A stretch of DNA of 64,000 nucleotides. Source: Bdellovibrionales bacterium. Its GTDB lineage: Bacteria > Bdellovibrionota > Bdellovibrionia > Bdellovibrionales > UBA1609. Each line of letters opens with the position of its first letter. The stretch's first letter is position 1. The position numbers and the translations under genes are program-made. Below, one piece after another: positions 18,925 through 27,847 of the stretch. The notes below the pieces were generated by a model. It saw only the letters and a program-made list of their open reading frames with translations. It did no database searches and had not been told where the DNA came from. The DNA lies in the NCBI GenBank assembly GCA_965200025.1, contig OZ241325.1, positions 1,306,743-1,370,742 on the forward strand, written 5' to 3'.

Positions 18925-19271
18925 GAGTTTTTTGTTAAAGAATCAGACAGGGAAACAGTGGCAGCTTTTTCATCTTCATAAATATTCTGATCAGGTACAC
19001 TTTTCTGACTGGCAAGCATACGGCGAAATTCAGACCCCACACAACAAAACCTGAGCTGGGAACACTCTCCCAAATCCTTAATTGTTTTCAGAAAAGGACT
19101 TAAACCATCTGAACCCACAAAATTCAGACCTTTAAGATTAAAAACGATATTTTTTTTAACCAGCTTGGTCATACAGGTGTTGTGAAAAGGCTCTGTGCAG
19201 GCCAAATCCACCTCTCCCTTTAAATGCACAATAATCACACCTTCTTTGGTTTCTTTTACAAAAGCTTCCAT
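18921..19271 (-). CDS. STAS-domain protein (anti-sigma-factor antagonist-like)
   Basis: About 116 aa with LNFVGSDGL (the SpoIIAA-type DSSGL position). It overlaps the rnhB start by 4 nt. Confidence 0.65.
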   Translation of the reverse strand: MEAFVKETKEGVIIVHLKGEVDLACTEPFHNTCMTKLVKKNIVFNLKGLNFVGSDGLSPFLKTIKDLGECSQLRFCCVGSEFRRMLASQKSVPDQNIYEDEKAATVSLSDSLTKNS

Positions 19272-19351
19272 AGTTTTTTTAGTCTGACCTGTAAAAGGGG
19301 AAATGACAAATGCTTTTATATGTCATCAGGTCTTTAGGCTTACCTGTATCC

Positions 19352-19366
19352 ATGTATTTTTTACAT
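19352..19366. promoter_or_regulatory. 15-nt palindrome ATGTATTTTTTACAT, candidate operator upstream of paralogue C
   Basis: Arms ATGTA/TACAT lie 38 nt upstream of the -35 box. An extra TTTACAT half-site lies at about 19384. Confidence 0.35.
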
Positions 19367-19403
19367 TCTTAATTGAAACCTTTACATTCTTTAAATTCCC
19401 GCC

Positions 19404-19431
19404 TTGACAAAAAAATGGGGGGGGGTAAAAA
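19404..19431 (+). promoter_or_regulatory. sigma70-like promoter TTGACA-N16-TAAAAA with a G9 tract in the spacer
   Basis: It is identical over 29 nt to 11611-11639. GGAG lies 9 nt before ATG 19450. The leader would be very short, so the real start codon or +1 site is uncertain. Confidence 0.45.
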
Positions 19432-19449
19432 ACTTTTGGAGTTTGAAAA

Positions 19450-20274
19450 ATGTTAAAAATATTGCTCTTAATGATTTCGGTGTTTTTCTCTTTACAGGGC
19501 CATACTCTGCCCTGTGATGAGTATTTTAAAACCTCAGGGGAGGATATTCTGATCCAGCAGATAGAAAACACCCTGAAGCGGGAACTCACACCCTACCAGG
19601 TGGGATTTATACAAAAACACATGAAAAAATCAAAAACCCGAAAAAAAAATAATTTTAGCAATTCCATAGCTATAATGAATTTTGTGGAAAGCGGCTTCCT
19701 TATACATGAGATAAGCACACTGCTGCGTAATGGTATTATAAAGGAATCCAGAAAAGCTTTATACAATGATATATATATTATTGAAGCCATGCAATCCGTT
19801 TTAAATCAGGAAGAGCCTCTCAGTCTGACTCAAATTCAGCTTTTACTGAAAGCCAAAGTGTTTATGGATATGATAAAATGGAAAAAACCTGTTGAAATGT
19901 TTGAGATAGAATTTTTTATATCTTACATAGAGCAAATAGCAAACCTTTCACAGGAGGAAAATAAAAACCTGAACTTCAGTGAGTTGGAACATTTCATAAG
20001 AACAGTTTTTAAAGTCTATATAAAAAAAACCTTCCACATCCTTCAGTATGTTGAAAAAAGAGACCGGATAAAGCAACACCTCACAACCTTTAACGGCCTG
20101 GCATTGGCCGGAGCACAAAGAAGGCTTATAAGAAAAAACACATTTGACATTCAACCCCTGTTAAAAAAAGGTTTTACTGTGGAAGATATAAAAACCCTGC
20201 TTAAGGAGGATATGTTTTCTTCTGACCAGAACTTAAAACAACTGGTGCAGGATGCTTTGGATTCTTTAAAATGA
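19450..20274 (+). CDS. secreted hypothetical protein, paralogue C of the three-member family
   Basis: Signal peptide, the motif TLPCDEYFK, ELTPYQVGFIQK, SGFLIHEISTLLRNG and KGFTVEDIKTLLKE. Confidence 0.6.
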   Translation: MLKILLLMISVFFSLQGHTLPCDEYFKTSGEDILIQQIENTLKRELTPYQVGFIQKHMKKSKTRKKNNFSNSIAIMNFVESGFLIHEISTLLRNGIIKESRKALYNDIYIIEAMQSVLNQEEPLSLTQIQLLLKAKVFMDMIKWKKPVEMFEIEFFISYIEQIANLSQEENKNLNFSELEHFIRTVFKVYIKKTFHILQYVEKRDRIKQHLTTFNGLALAGAQRRLIRKNTFDIQPLLKKGFTVEDIKTLLKEDMFSSDQNLKQLVQDALDSLK

Positions 20275-20907
20275 GGTACAACTTTCAGAGATTAAAGATC
20301 GTTCATAAGCTTCAGAACTAACAGCCTGTGTTCCCAAAAGTGTTTTAAACACCCTGCCATTCCACTGCTTTAAAGTTTGCTCTCCATAAAGTTCTTCCGC
20401 AGAGTTTTTAAGCTTGCAAAACAAAGCCACATCCGCTGTGGAAAACCAGTTGAATTTACTGTGCACCAGGTGAGCAGGAACTTCCTGCCAGGCCAAACGA
20501 ACCATTAAATCATACACCTGAAAAAGGGTTTTCCTGACCCTGCTGACAGCCGCCAGGTTTTGCATGCAATCCTGGGATATCACATTAAAATCGTTTATCA
20601 GTTTATGTACCTGGGCAAACAAACCATAACAGCTCCCCGGAGAGGAGTGTGTTTTACACTCTGCCATGAGAACATCCATGAGAGGTTTTTTTCTGGTCTT
20701 AACGTCAGGATTTTTATAAAGCCGGCCTTTTTGCCGGGCCTTAAAATTTTCTATTTGCGTGCGGCATATTGTGTGCGGAGGATCTTGTAAAACCACAAGC
20801 ACAATCACAGCACCTAAAATGAGTGTTACAAAAATCTTCCTGGGCAAAGAGGCAAACCACTTAATCACAACAAAAACTCTAAGTACCCACCACCTGCCCA
20901 CAAGCAC
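20266..20907 (-). CDS. hypothetical membrane-anchored protein
   Basis: An ORF with an N-terminal TM helix (IFVTLILGAVIVLVVL) and several Cys. No recognisable family. Confidence 0.4.
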   Translation of the reverse strand: MLVGRWWVLRVFVVIKWFASLPRKIFVTLILGAVIVLVVLQDPPHTICRTQIENFKARQKGRLYKNPDVKTRKKPLMDVLMAECKTHSSPGSCYGLFAQVHKLINDFNVISQDCMQNLAAVSRVRKTLFQVYDLMVRLAWQEVPAHLVHSKFNWFSTADVALFCKLKNSAEELYGEQTLKQWNGRVFKTLLGTQAVSSEAYERSLISESCTSF

Positions 20908-21418
20908 TGTGGTTTAAGTGTAAAACCGGACGAATATTTTTTTGTACCCATGTGCTGCGATCTCTGGAGCAAAAAAATACAAAATATCTTTTTAATCCAT
21001 AAGCCCTTACCAGGTAAGAAAAAGTCTTGTTTAAATCCTTCATAATGGCCCGCTGCCTTTTGGCAGATGCAGAGATCATTCCCGCTGTGCCGCTTTCAAT
21101 ATGACTCAGCAGCCGGGACATGTGAGAAAGCTCATGGTAAGAAAGCGAATCCGCAAAGGGAAAGTTTTTTAGTTTTTGAACCTGTTGCCCAATTCGAAAA
21201 GCATGCAGGCGGATATGATCTGTATTTTTTAAATAAACAGCCTGATGTAAAAGTACAGCCTCGTCCATAAAAGCAGACAAAAGATTCTTAAAATGCCCCT
21301 CTTTCAGAACAAAAGAGGGTTTTCCCGTTGCGGCAGCAGATAAAAAAAACACCAAGCCTGCAGCACCCAGAGTGTAAAAAATCCTCTTTAACACCTTTTT
21401 ACATCCTCTTAAAAGCAA
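20879..21418 (-). CDS. hypothetical secreted protein (faint DUF3347-like pattern)
   Basis: A signal peptide, a helical body, and a C-terminal YFVFFCSRDRSTWVQ that resembles the Y..CPM....WLQ motif of DUF3347. Weak. Confidence 0.35.
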   Translation of the reverse strand: MLLRGCKKVLKRIFYTLGAAGLVFFLSAAATGKPSFVLKEGHFKNLLSAFMDEAVLLHQAVYLKNTDHIRLHAFRIGQQVQKLKNFPFADSLSYHELSHMSRLLSHIESGTAGMISASAKRQRAIMKDLNKTFSYLVRAYGLKRYFVFFCSRDRSTWVQKNIRPVLHLNHSACGQVVGT

Positions 21419-21487
21419 TAAAGCCGATTTCCCCTGTTGTTGTTCAGGAAAAACCGGCCTTATCTTTATTTTATATTCAACCAGCCC

Positions 21488-22597
21488 TTAGAAGTCAAAG
21501 CTCACATTCGCCTGAACCTGCCAATAAGGAGCAGAGTTTGCAACATCAAAGGCCCCGGCAGAAACTTTGGCCCTAAAACCACCAGCAAAGGTTTTCTTCA
21601 CAAAGAGGCTTACCTCCAACACATCTTCTGTGCTGAGCATATCCTCCGAGTTAGGCACCTTTCCGCCATTACCCCAAAGACCCCAACTTCCTATGGACAT
21701 GAAGTACAAAGCGGTAAGCCCCATCTTTAAATGCTCCATGGGGGCGTAAGATACACCGGCTTTTCCGTATACAGTGCCTCCACCAAGAGCTGCCACATCC
21801 AACCACCCCGCACCATGGTGACGGTTGTGGTAGAAAGGGTCATAAGTGTCGTTTTCGTAGTGTGCACCTATATAGAAACGAACATCAACAGGAGTGCTGT
21901 AGTAGACTTTACCTTCCACAGCATAATTGACATCATCCGCCTGAAGCTTCTCCACATGGGCCACACCACTGAATTTGTAACCCACATCAGAGACTTCACC
22001 TCCCAGGTCCATTCCCACACGGATTTGGTCTTTGACACCTTCCGCATTTGCCATGGCATAGATTCCATAAAGAGTGGCGGTTTTAAGTGCCTCCAGAGCA
22101 TGAATGTCCAGAGCCAGACCCACTGTCTCTTTATAGTTCGCCTGCTCCACACCACCTTTCCACACTTCAGGAAGGTAAGCCCCCCAGACATCCACAGACA
22201 TACTGTCTGTGTTGTAAGTCAGAAAAGCCCCATCCATGGCATAAGGGTATTTTTCATACTTGTTAATGCTTATGGAGGAACCATAGCCCAGTTCGTAAGG
22301 GCTTCTTCCCAGACGAATCATAAGCTCATCGGATATTTTCCAATCCCCGTAACCATAGACACGGATACTCTCCATTTGGCTTTTTCCCCAGTCCAGGTTG
22401 GTAACCATCCAAAAATAGCTTTCAAACATTTCGTTGGGGCTGAAAGCTCCCTTGAGCTTAAACCTTTGAACAAAAACATCCTCTATATCCTGGTTATAAT
22501 AGACACCTCTGGCACGGTGTTGACCACCTAACTCCAGATCCACAGCCCACGCCACAGGCATGGCCATGTATAAAAGTATAAGAAACAGTTTTTTCAT
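21488..22597 (-). CDS. outer-membrane beta-barrel (porin-like) protein
   Basis: Signal peptide MKKLFLILLYMAMPVAWA, alternating aromatic/Gly-rich beta-strand pattern, and a terminal ...NVSFDF ending in Phe. Confidence 0.6.
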   Translation of the reverse strand: MKKLFLILLYMAMPVAWAVDLELGGQHRARGVYYNQDIEDVFVQRFKLKGAFSPNEMFESYFWMVTNLDWGKSQMESIRVYGYGDWKISDELMIRLGRSPYELGYGSSISINKYEKYPYAMDGAFLTYNTDSMSVDVWGAYLPEVWKGGVEQANYKETVGLALDIHALEALKTATLYGIYAMANAEGVKDQIRVGMDLGGEVSDVGYKFSGVAHVEKLQADDVNYAVEGKVYYSTPVDVRFYIGAHYENDTYDPFYHNRHHGAGWLDVAALGGGTVYGKAGVSYAPMEHLKMGLTALYFMSIGSWGLWGNGGKVPNSEDMLSTEDVLEVSLFVKKTFAGGFRAKVSAGAFDVANSAPYWQVQANVSFDF

Positions 22598-22802
22598 AAT
22601 ATAACTCCTTTATTTTTAAATTAGTTTCCTGATTTCAGTTCGCATTATGACCCGGCCAAGACCTGCCTGCCATAAATACCCCCCTAACTTACTCAGGCTT
22701 TTAGGGCTGAGTCAACACCAGAAATACTGTTCAAAACCCCTTTTTTTTTGAGTTTTGGCACTTTTTTTCACTTTTTTTTCAAAATTTCCCATTTTTTTCA
22801 GG

Positions 22803-22808
22803 TATAAT
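22803..22808 (+). promoter_or_regulatory. candidate -10 box (TATAAT) for tRNA-Pro
   Basis: A perfect TATAAT lies 78 nt upstream of the tRNA and is preceded by phased T-tracts. No good -35 box is present. Confidence 0.25.
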
Positions 22809-22886
22809 GTCCTGATGCGTCATAAAAAGTGTATCTTTTGATAGCCAGGCCATTTTGGGTTTTTAATGGGAGGAGGTCCCATTTTT

Positions 22887-22963
22887 CGGAGAGTGGCGCA
22901 GCCCGGTAGCGCATCTGCTTTGGGAGCAGAGGGTCGCAGGTTCAAATCCTGTCTCTCCGACCA
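22887..22963 (+). tRNA. tRNA-Pro (anticodon TGG)
   Basis: Hand fold: acceptor CGGAGAG/CTCTCCG, anticodon arm TCTGC-TTTGGGA-GCAGA, T arm GCAGG-TTCAAAT-CCTGT, and an encoded CCA. Confidence 0.9.
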
Positions 22964-23457
22964 TTTTATTACACAAGCCCATTTTTTTGCACCCCTTACC
23001 CCCCAAGTGAAGTGAAAACAAGAGGAATCGGACCTGAATTTTGACTTTATTCAATTAAGAAGATAATTAAATGAGGATTTAAACTTGGAATCAAGCCAGT
23101 TTCACCACAGTTCTTGAAGTACAAGATACTGCAGGTTAAAATAGGTTTAAGTAAACAAATAATTCAAGGTCAATACCCGTCTTCAAATCTAATGTATGAT
23201 GATTTATGGAAAATAGCTAATGACAACACTCCATTTCAAGATATATTGCATGATGTCAAAATCTTGGAACATGGATTTTCCTGAAAATTATACACTTGAT
23301 TTTATCAAAATAACTTGTCATTATATATCCAGTTAAAGGTTATAGGCCTTTAGTACAGACTTCCACTAACAAAAGTCTTAATTTATAAAGAAACTTATAA
23401 AAGCGTAAAGCTTTAAAAACATTTCAGTTTTTATGCTTTTAAATTAGATTAAAATCA

Positions 23458-25914
23458 ATGAAGTTTAAAGATTTCGCAACTGGAAAACTTGTTAAACTTT
23501 CTCCAGAGGAGAAAGTAAGACAAGAATATGAAAAAATTTTAGTAAATGATTATAGTTATAAAAAATCAGAACTGGATATTGAAGTTTCTATTCCAAGAGG
23601 AACAGGGTATTTCCCAGATTCTGCTGACATTGTCGTGTTTAATTCATCAATTGAAAAAGATCCAGCTGCTAATATATTAGGAATTGTAGAGACTAAACGT
23701 CCTGAAAAAAAAGATGGGTTAGCTCAACTTAAATCATACATGACAGCAACTTCTGCTGTTTGGGGAGTATGGACAAATGGCAATGATATTGCTTATCTTT
23801 GCAAACCTCCCGGAACAAACTCTATTTCAGAAAATTATCTAAATAATATCCCTGCAAGAAATCAATCTCTTCAAGACGTAGGCAGAATAAAAAAACAAGA
23901 TTTAAAACCTTTTGGAAGAGAAGAGCTTAAAACAGCTTTTCGCAGGATTCTTCTCACCCTTTATACAAATACAAATATCAGTCGTAGGGAAAAATTAGGT
24001 GGAGAAATGATAAAGTTGATTTTCTCAAAACTTGAAGACGAAAAAACATACTTAAATCGTGTTCCTGATTTTCGCTCAGAAGCAGGAGAAAAACCAGAAA
24101 CAGTAAAAAAACGAATTGATAAACTTTTTGACAGGGTAAAAAAAGAACTAAAAAATGATGGTGTTTTTCATTTTCATGAAAAAATTACTCTGGAAGCAAG
24201 ATCAGTTGCCTGGGTAGTGGGACAGTTAGAACGTGGAAGTTTATTAAAGACTGATACAGATGTGGTTGGAGATGCTTTTGAAATTTTTGCAGAATCTCCT
24301 TTAAAAGGGGAAAAAGGTGAATTTTTTACACCTCGTGGGGTTATTAAACTTGCAGTAAAGATGACTAATCCAAAACCTGAAGAGTCTATTTGTGATCCTG
24401 CTTGTGGATCAGGTGGATTTCTGATTTATTCCATGAAGCATATATGGAATCTAATGGAACATGATCCTAAATGGAAAGGATCACCTAAATTAAATGAACA
24501 TAAGCAAAGAATAGCCTCACAATCCATATTCGGAATAGATAAAGAGTCTGATTTGGTGAAAATTGCAAAAGCTTATATGGCTATTTCAGGAGATGGAAGA
24601 AGTAATATGGTTTATGAAAATACTTTACATGAAATAAGTAAGTTTTCACCTCTTGCTAAAGAAAAGTTTACAGAAGACAATAAATTCAGAAAATTTGATG
24701 TGATTTTAACTAACCCACCTTTTGGAACTAAAACCAAGGTTGTAAAATCTGATTCCAAAAATTTTCAACTTGGATATCAATGGACAGAAACAATAAAAGG
24801 GAAGTTTAACAAAACCAACAAAGTATGTGAAAGAGAACCACATATATTATTTATTGAACGCTGCCTTGATATGCTTAAAAAAAACGGACGCCTTGCAATC
24901 GTTCTTCCAGAAACTGTGTTTCACGCCCCAAAAGCAGGTTACATCAGGAATTTCATAAAAAATCAAACTAGTATAGAAGCTGTAATTGATTTGCCACATA
25001 ATACCTTTCGACCTCATTGTAACGCAAAAACATGTCTCTTTATTTTACAAAAAGGAAAAAAACAAAATAATAAAGTGATTATGGCTGCTCCCAAAGAAAT
25101 GGGACACAACCATCAAGGAAAGGTTATTTTTAGAAGAGGCACTGAAGAAATATGGGATGATCTAAAAGTGGTAACAAAAGAGTTAGATAATCCTAACCTA
25201 AAAAATAATCAATTCACTTTTTTGGTACCGTGGTCTCAAATCAAAGAGGCTGGAAATCTAGTACCTATTTATTATCAAAATATTTTCAAACCACCTAAAA
25301 TGTTGGAAGGAAGACTTGGCATTAAATTGAGTGATCTTTGTAATCAAAGGGTTTTAGATGCATGGGATGGTCATGGTTCTCCTTCCTCCATATCAAAAGG
25401 ACAAGGAAAAATTCCTTATATCCGTGTGAGTGACATTGTTAATTGGGAATTATACAGAAATCCAGTTACAGGAGTTCCAAAGGAGGTTTATGAAAAAATG
25501 ATTCAAAATAAGAAGAAACCTAAACCAAAAGACATTCTTTTTGTCAGAAGAGGGAGTTATCGTATAGGAACAGTTGCCATGGTATCTCCTCAGGATACAG
25601 AAGTGCTTCTAACAAGAGAGTTACTTACTTTTAGAGTTTTGAATGCAAAAAATCCCTATGGGATTAACCCTTTTTATCTTCTTGGTTTATTATCTTCAGA
25701 ATTTGTACAAAATCAAATACCTTCAAAAGTTTTTATTGATACAACTTTACCAAATATCGGGGATAGATGGAAAGACATTATTCTTCCTGTCCACAAAAAT
25801 AAAAAAGAAATTGAGAATTATACAAATAGAGTTAAGTCTATTATCGATAATAAATGGAAAGCACAAAAAGAAATTCAAAAAATGATAAATGATATAGAAA
25901 ACATTGTAACATAA
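23458..25914 (+). CDS. single-polypeptide restriction-modification enzyme (type IIG-like): PD-(D/E)xK nuclease, gamma-class N6-adenine methyltransferase and an HsdS-like specificity domain
   Basis: The N-terminus matches the HsdR-N-type nuclease domain (EEKVRQEY...SADIVVF...GIVETK; ExK at 23686-23697). The AdoMet motif ICDPACGSGGFLI starts at 24391. The catalytic NPPFG lies at 24712-24726. The C-terminal 300 aa resemble a type I S-subunit TRD (IPYIRVSDI...FVRRGSYRIGTVAMV...FYLLGLLSS). Confidence 0.8.
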   Translation: MKFKDFATGKLVKLSPEEKVRQEYEKILVNDYSYKKSELDIEVSIPRGTGYFPDSADIVVFNSSIEKDPAANILGIVETKRPEKKDGLAQLKSYMTATSAVWGVWTNGNDIAYLCKPPGTNSISENYLNNIPARNQSLQDVGRIKKQDLKPFGREELKTAFRRILLTLYTNTNISRREKLGGEMIKLIFSKLEDEKTYLNRVPDFRSEAGEKPETVKKRIDKLFDRVKKELKNDGVFHFHEKITLEARSVAWVVGQLERGSLLKTDTDVVGDAFEIFAESPLKGEKGEFFTPRGVIKLAVKMTNPKPEESICDPACGSGGFLIYSMKHIWNLMEHDPKWKGSPKLNEHKQRIASQSIFGIDKESDLVKIAKAYMAISGDGRSNMVYENTLHEISKFSPLAKEKFTEDNKFRKFDVILTNPPFGTKTKVVKSDSKNFQLGYQWTETIKGKFNKTNKVCEREPHILFIERCLDMLKKNGRLAIVLPETVFHAPKAGYIRNFIKNQTSIEAVIDLPHNTFRPHCNAKTCLFILQKGKKQNNKVIMAAPKEMGHNHQGKVIFRRGTEEIWDDLKVVTKELDNPNLKNNQFTFLVPWSQIKEAGNLVPIYYQNIFKPPKMLEGRLGIKLSDLCNQRVLDAWDGHGSPSSISKGQGKIPYIRVSDIVNWELYRNPVTGVPKEVYEKMIQNKKKPKPKDILFVRRGSYRIGTVAMVSPQDTEVLLTRELLTFRVLNAKNPYGINPFYLLGLLSSEFVQNQIPSKVFIDTTLPNIGDRWKDIILPVHKNKKEIENYTNRVKSIIDNKWKAQKEIQKMINDIENIVT

Positions 25915-26053
25915 ATGGAAAGTTTAATATATAGTTCTCTAAATTTTTACAGTGGCATTTCTTTTTAAGAGTCAAATCTTTTAAACAAACTGTAACAGAA
26001 GGGCATAAACTTTCTTTCCAGGAGGATTTTTTTAAAAAATAAGGAATTAAATA

Positions 26054-27847
26054 ATGAGAATAATTAAAATTATTATAAATAACTTTAGAGGAGTTAAAAA
26101 AAGTGAAATTTATTTTCCAAATCATGGAGTTCTTGTTGGTGATAGCAATGTAGGAAAATCAACAATTTTTGAAGCCATTGATCTGGTTTTGGGTCCAGAG
26201 AGAATGAGAAAAAAACCAGTTATTGATGAACATGATTTTTTTGCTGGTGATTATTTAAGTTTAGAAAAGAAGTTAATCAAAATTAATATTGAAGTAACAG
26301 CAGTGAATTTAAATAAAGAACAAGAAACCTATTTTAAAGATCATATTGAATGGTGGGATATTAACCAAGGTCAAATTTTAGACAGCCCACCCCCTGAAGC
26401 TACAGATGCAAACACTGTATTATCAGCCATCAGGTTTTCTTTCGAAGGAAAATATGATGAGGAAGAGGACGATTTTATCGGAAACACATATTTTCAACAT
26501 CCATTAAGAGATGATGGAGGAAAAAATCATCTTAGTACAAAAGATAAAAGAATGTGTGGATTTCTTTTTTTAAGAACTCTTAGAACAGGATCAAGAGCAT
26601 TAAGCTTAGAAAGAGGTTCATTGTTAGATATTATTTTAAATATTAAAGAAATTAAAATTAATATGTGGGAAGAGATTTTAGAAAAATTAAGATCTGTTTC
26701 TATTGCTGACAAATCTGAACTGGGAGTGACCAATGTATTATCTGATGTAAAAAAAGAACTAAGCTCATTGGTTACATCTGAATGGGGTACAAATCCTCAA
26801 ATAAAAACTTCTGATCTAACAAGAGAAGGGTTACGAAAAGTACTGAATGTGTTTATGGAAACGGGAGTCAAAAATATAAAAGGCCACAAACATATTGTGC
26901 CATTTAAAAAACAAGGAACAGGAACAATCAACATGCTGGTTCTTTCAATGCTATCCATAATTGCAAATTTAAAACAAAATGTAATTTTTGCAATGGAGGA
27001 ACCTGAAACAGCAATACCCCCATATACTCAAAAAAGAATCATCAATCATATTAGAAAAAATTCAACTCAAGCACTTTTTACTTCTCATAGTCCCTATGTA
27101 TTGGAAGAATTTGATCCTTCAGAGATTATTGTTCTCACTAATAGATTAGGTTTTATGGAATCAAAAAAAGTTACATTCCCAGCACATGTTAAAAGAAAAA
27201 ATTATAAACAGGAATTTAGAAAAAAATATTGCGAAGCGTTGCTGGCAAAAAAAATTTTAATAGTTGAAGGAAAAACAGAATATGATGCAATTCCGGTCGT
27301 TGCCCGTCGATTGCATGAAATCAACTCTCAAAAATTCTCCAGTTTGGAGGCTCTTGGAATAAGCATCATTAATGCTGAAACAGATTCTCAAATTGCATAT
27401 ATTGGGAAACATTTAAAAAACTTGGGAAAAATAACTTTAGCGATATATGACAAACAAGATGACAATCAGAATCTTCCAATAAAAAAAAATATAGATCACC
27501 CATTTGAATCTCCTGAAAAAGGATTTGAAAGCCTTATTATTAATAATGTTCCCTATCAAAAATTAAAGCAGTTTTTTATTGATATTTTTTCAGAAGGAAG
27601 CTGGCCCAGCCACTTATCCCACATAACTCCTAACAACTCTAGTAATGAAGCTGACATTAAAAAAGCTCTGAGTAAATACTTTCAGTGGTCAAAAGGTTTT
27701 GAAACTATAGCTAATTTATTGGAAACATGTAGTGAAAATGAAATTCCTGAATTTATAAAAGATACGCTTCTCTCAATAAAACATAAAGTGCAAAAAAAAT
27801 CTTTATCAGACCATCGAAGCTCTATAGAAAGTAATAATGAAAATTAA
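26054..27847 (+). CDS. gajA: OLD-family ATP-dependent nuclease (ABC-type ATPase + TOPRIM), GajA-like
   Basis: Walker A GDSNVGKST (26138-26164), Walker B-like VIFAMEEPE, then SHSPYV. The C-terminal TOPRIM-like region is ILIVEGKTEYDAIP...INAETDS...AIYDKQDD. The gene is adjacent to and overlaps a UvrD-like gene. Confidence 0.8.
   Translation: MRIIKIIINNFRGVKKSEIYFPNHGVLVGDSNVGKSTIFEAIDLVLGPERMRKKPVIDEHDFFAGDYLSLEKKLIKINIEVTAVNLNKEQETYFKDHIEWWDINQGQILDSPPPEATDANTVLSAIRFSFEGKYDEEEDDFIGNTYFQHPLRDDGGKNHLSTKDKRMCGFLFLRTLRTGSRALSLERGSLLDIILNIKEIKINMWEEILEKLRSVSIADKSELGVTNVLSDVKKELSSLVTSEWGTNPQIKTSDLTREGLRKVLNVFMETGVKNIKGHKHIVPFKKQGTGTINMLVLSMLSIIANLKQNVIFAMEEPETAIPPYTQKRIINHIRKNSTQALFTSHSPYVLEEFDPSEIIVLTNRLGFMESKKVTFPAHVKRKNYKQEFRKKYCEALLAKKILIVEGKTEYDAIPVVARRLHEINSQKFSSLEALGISIINAETDSQIAYIGKHLKNLGKITLAIYDKQDDNQNLPIKKNIDHPFESPEKGFESLIINNVPYQKLKQFFIDIFSEGSWPSHLSHITPNNSSNEADIKKALSKYFQWSKGFETIANLLETCSENEIPEFIKDTLLSIKHKVQKKSLSDHRSSIESNNEN

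Noticed and set aside
21731-22531. 266-aa plus-strand ORF overlapping the porin-like gene
   Set aside because: The minus-strand product has a signal peptide, beta-barrel periodicity and a C-terminal Phe. The plus-strand product has none of these and is His/Thr/Val-biased shadow sequence.
22863-23054. ORFs overlapping tRNA genes (22863-23054, 41097-41405, 45672-45857, 48148-48384)
   Set aside because: They run through well-folding tRNA sequences and are spurious.
23075-23284. Open frame of 69 codons in the island leader (…KPVSPQFLKYKILQVKIGLSKQIIQGQYPSSNLMYDDLWKIANDNTPFQDILHDVKILEHGFS)
   Set aside because: The first ATG leaves only 30 codons. There is no RBS and no recognisable motif. It may be a gene remnant from the island's donor, but I cannot support a call.
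25915-25968. 17-codon ORF (MESLIYSSLNFYSGISF) starting right after the methylase stop
   Set aside because: It is too short, has no supporting signal, and lies in an AT-rich spacer where such ORFs arise by chance.
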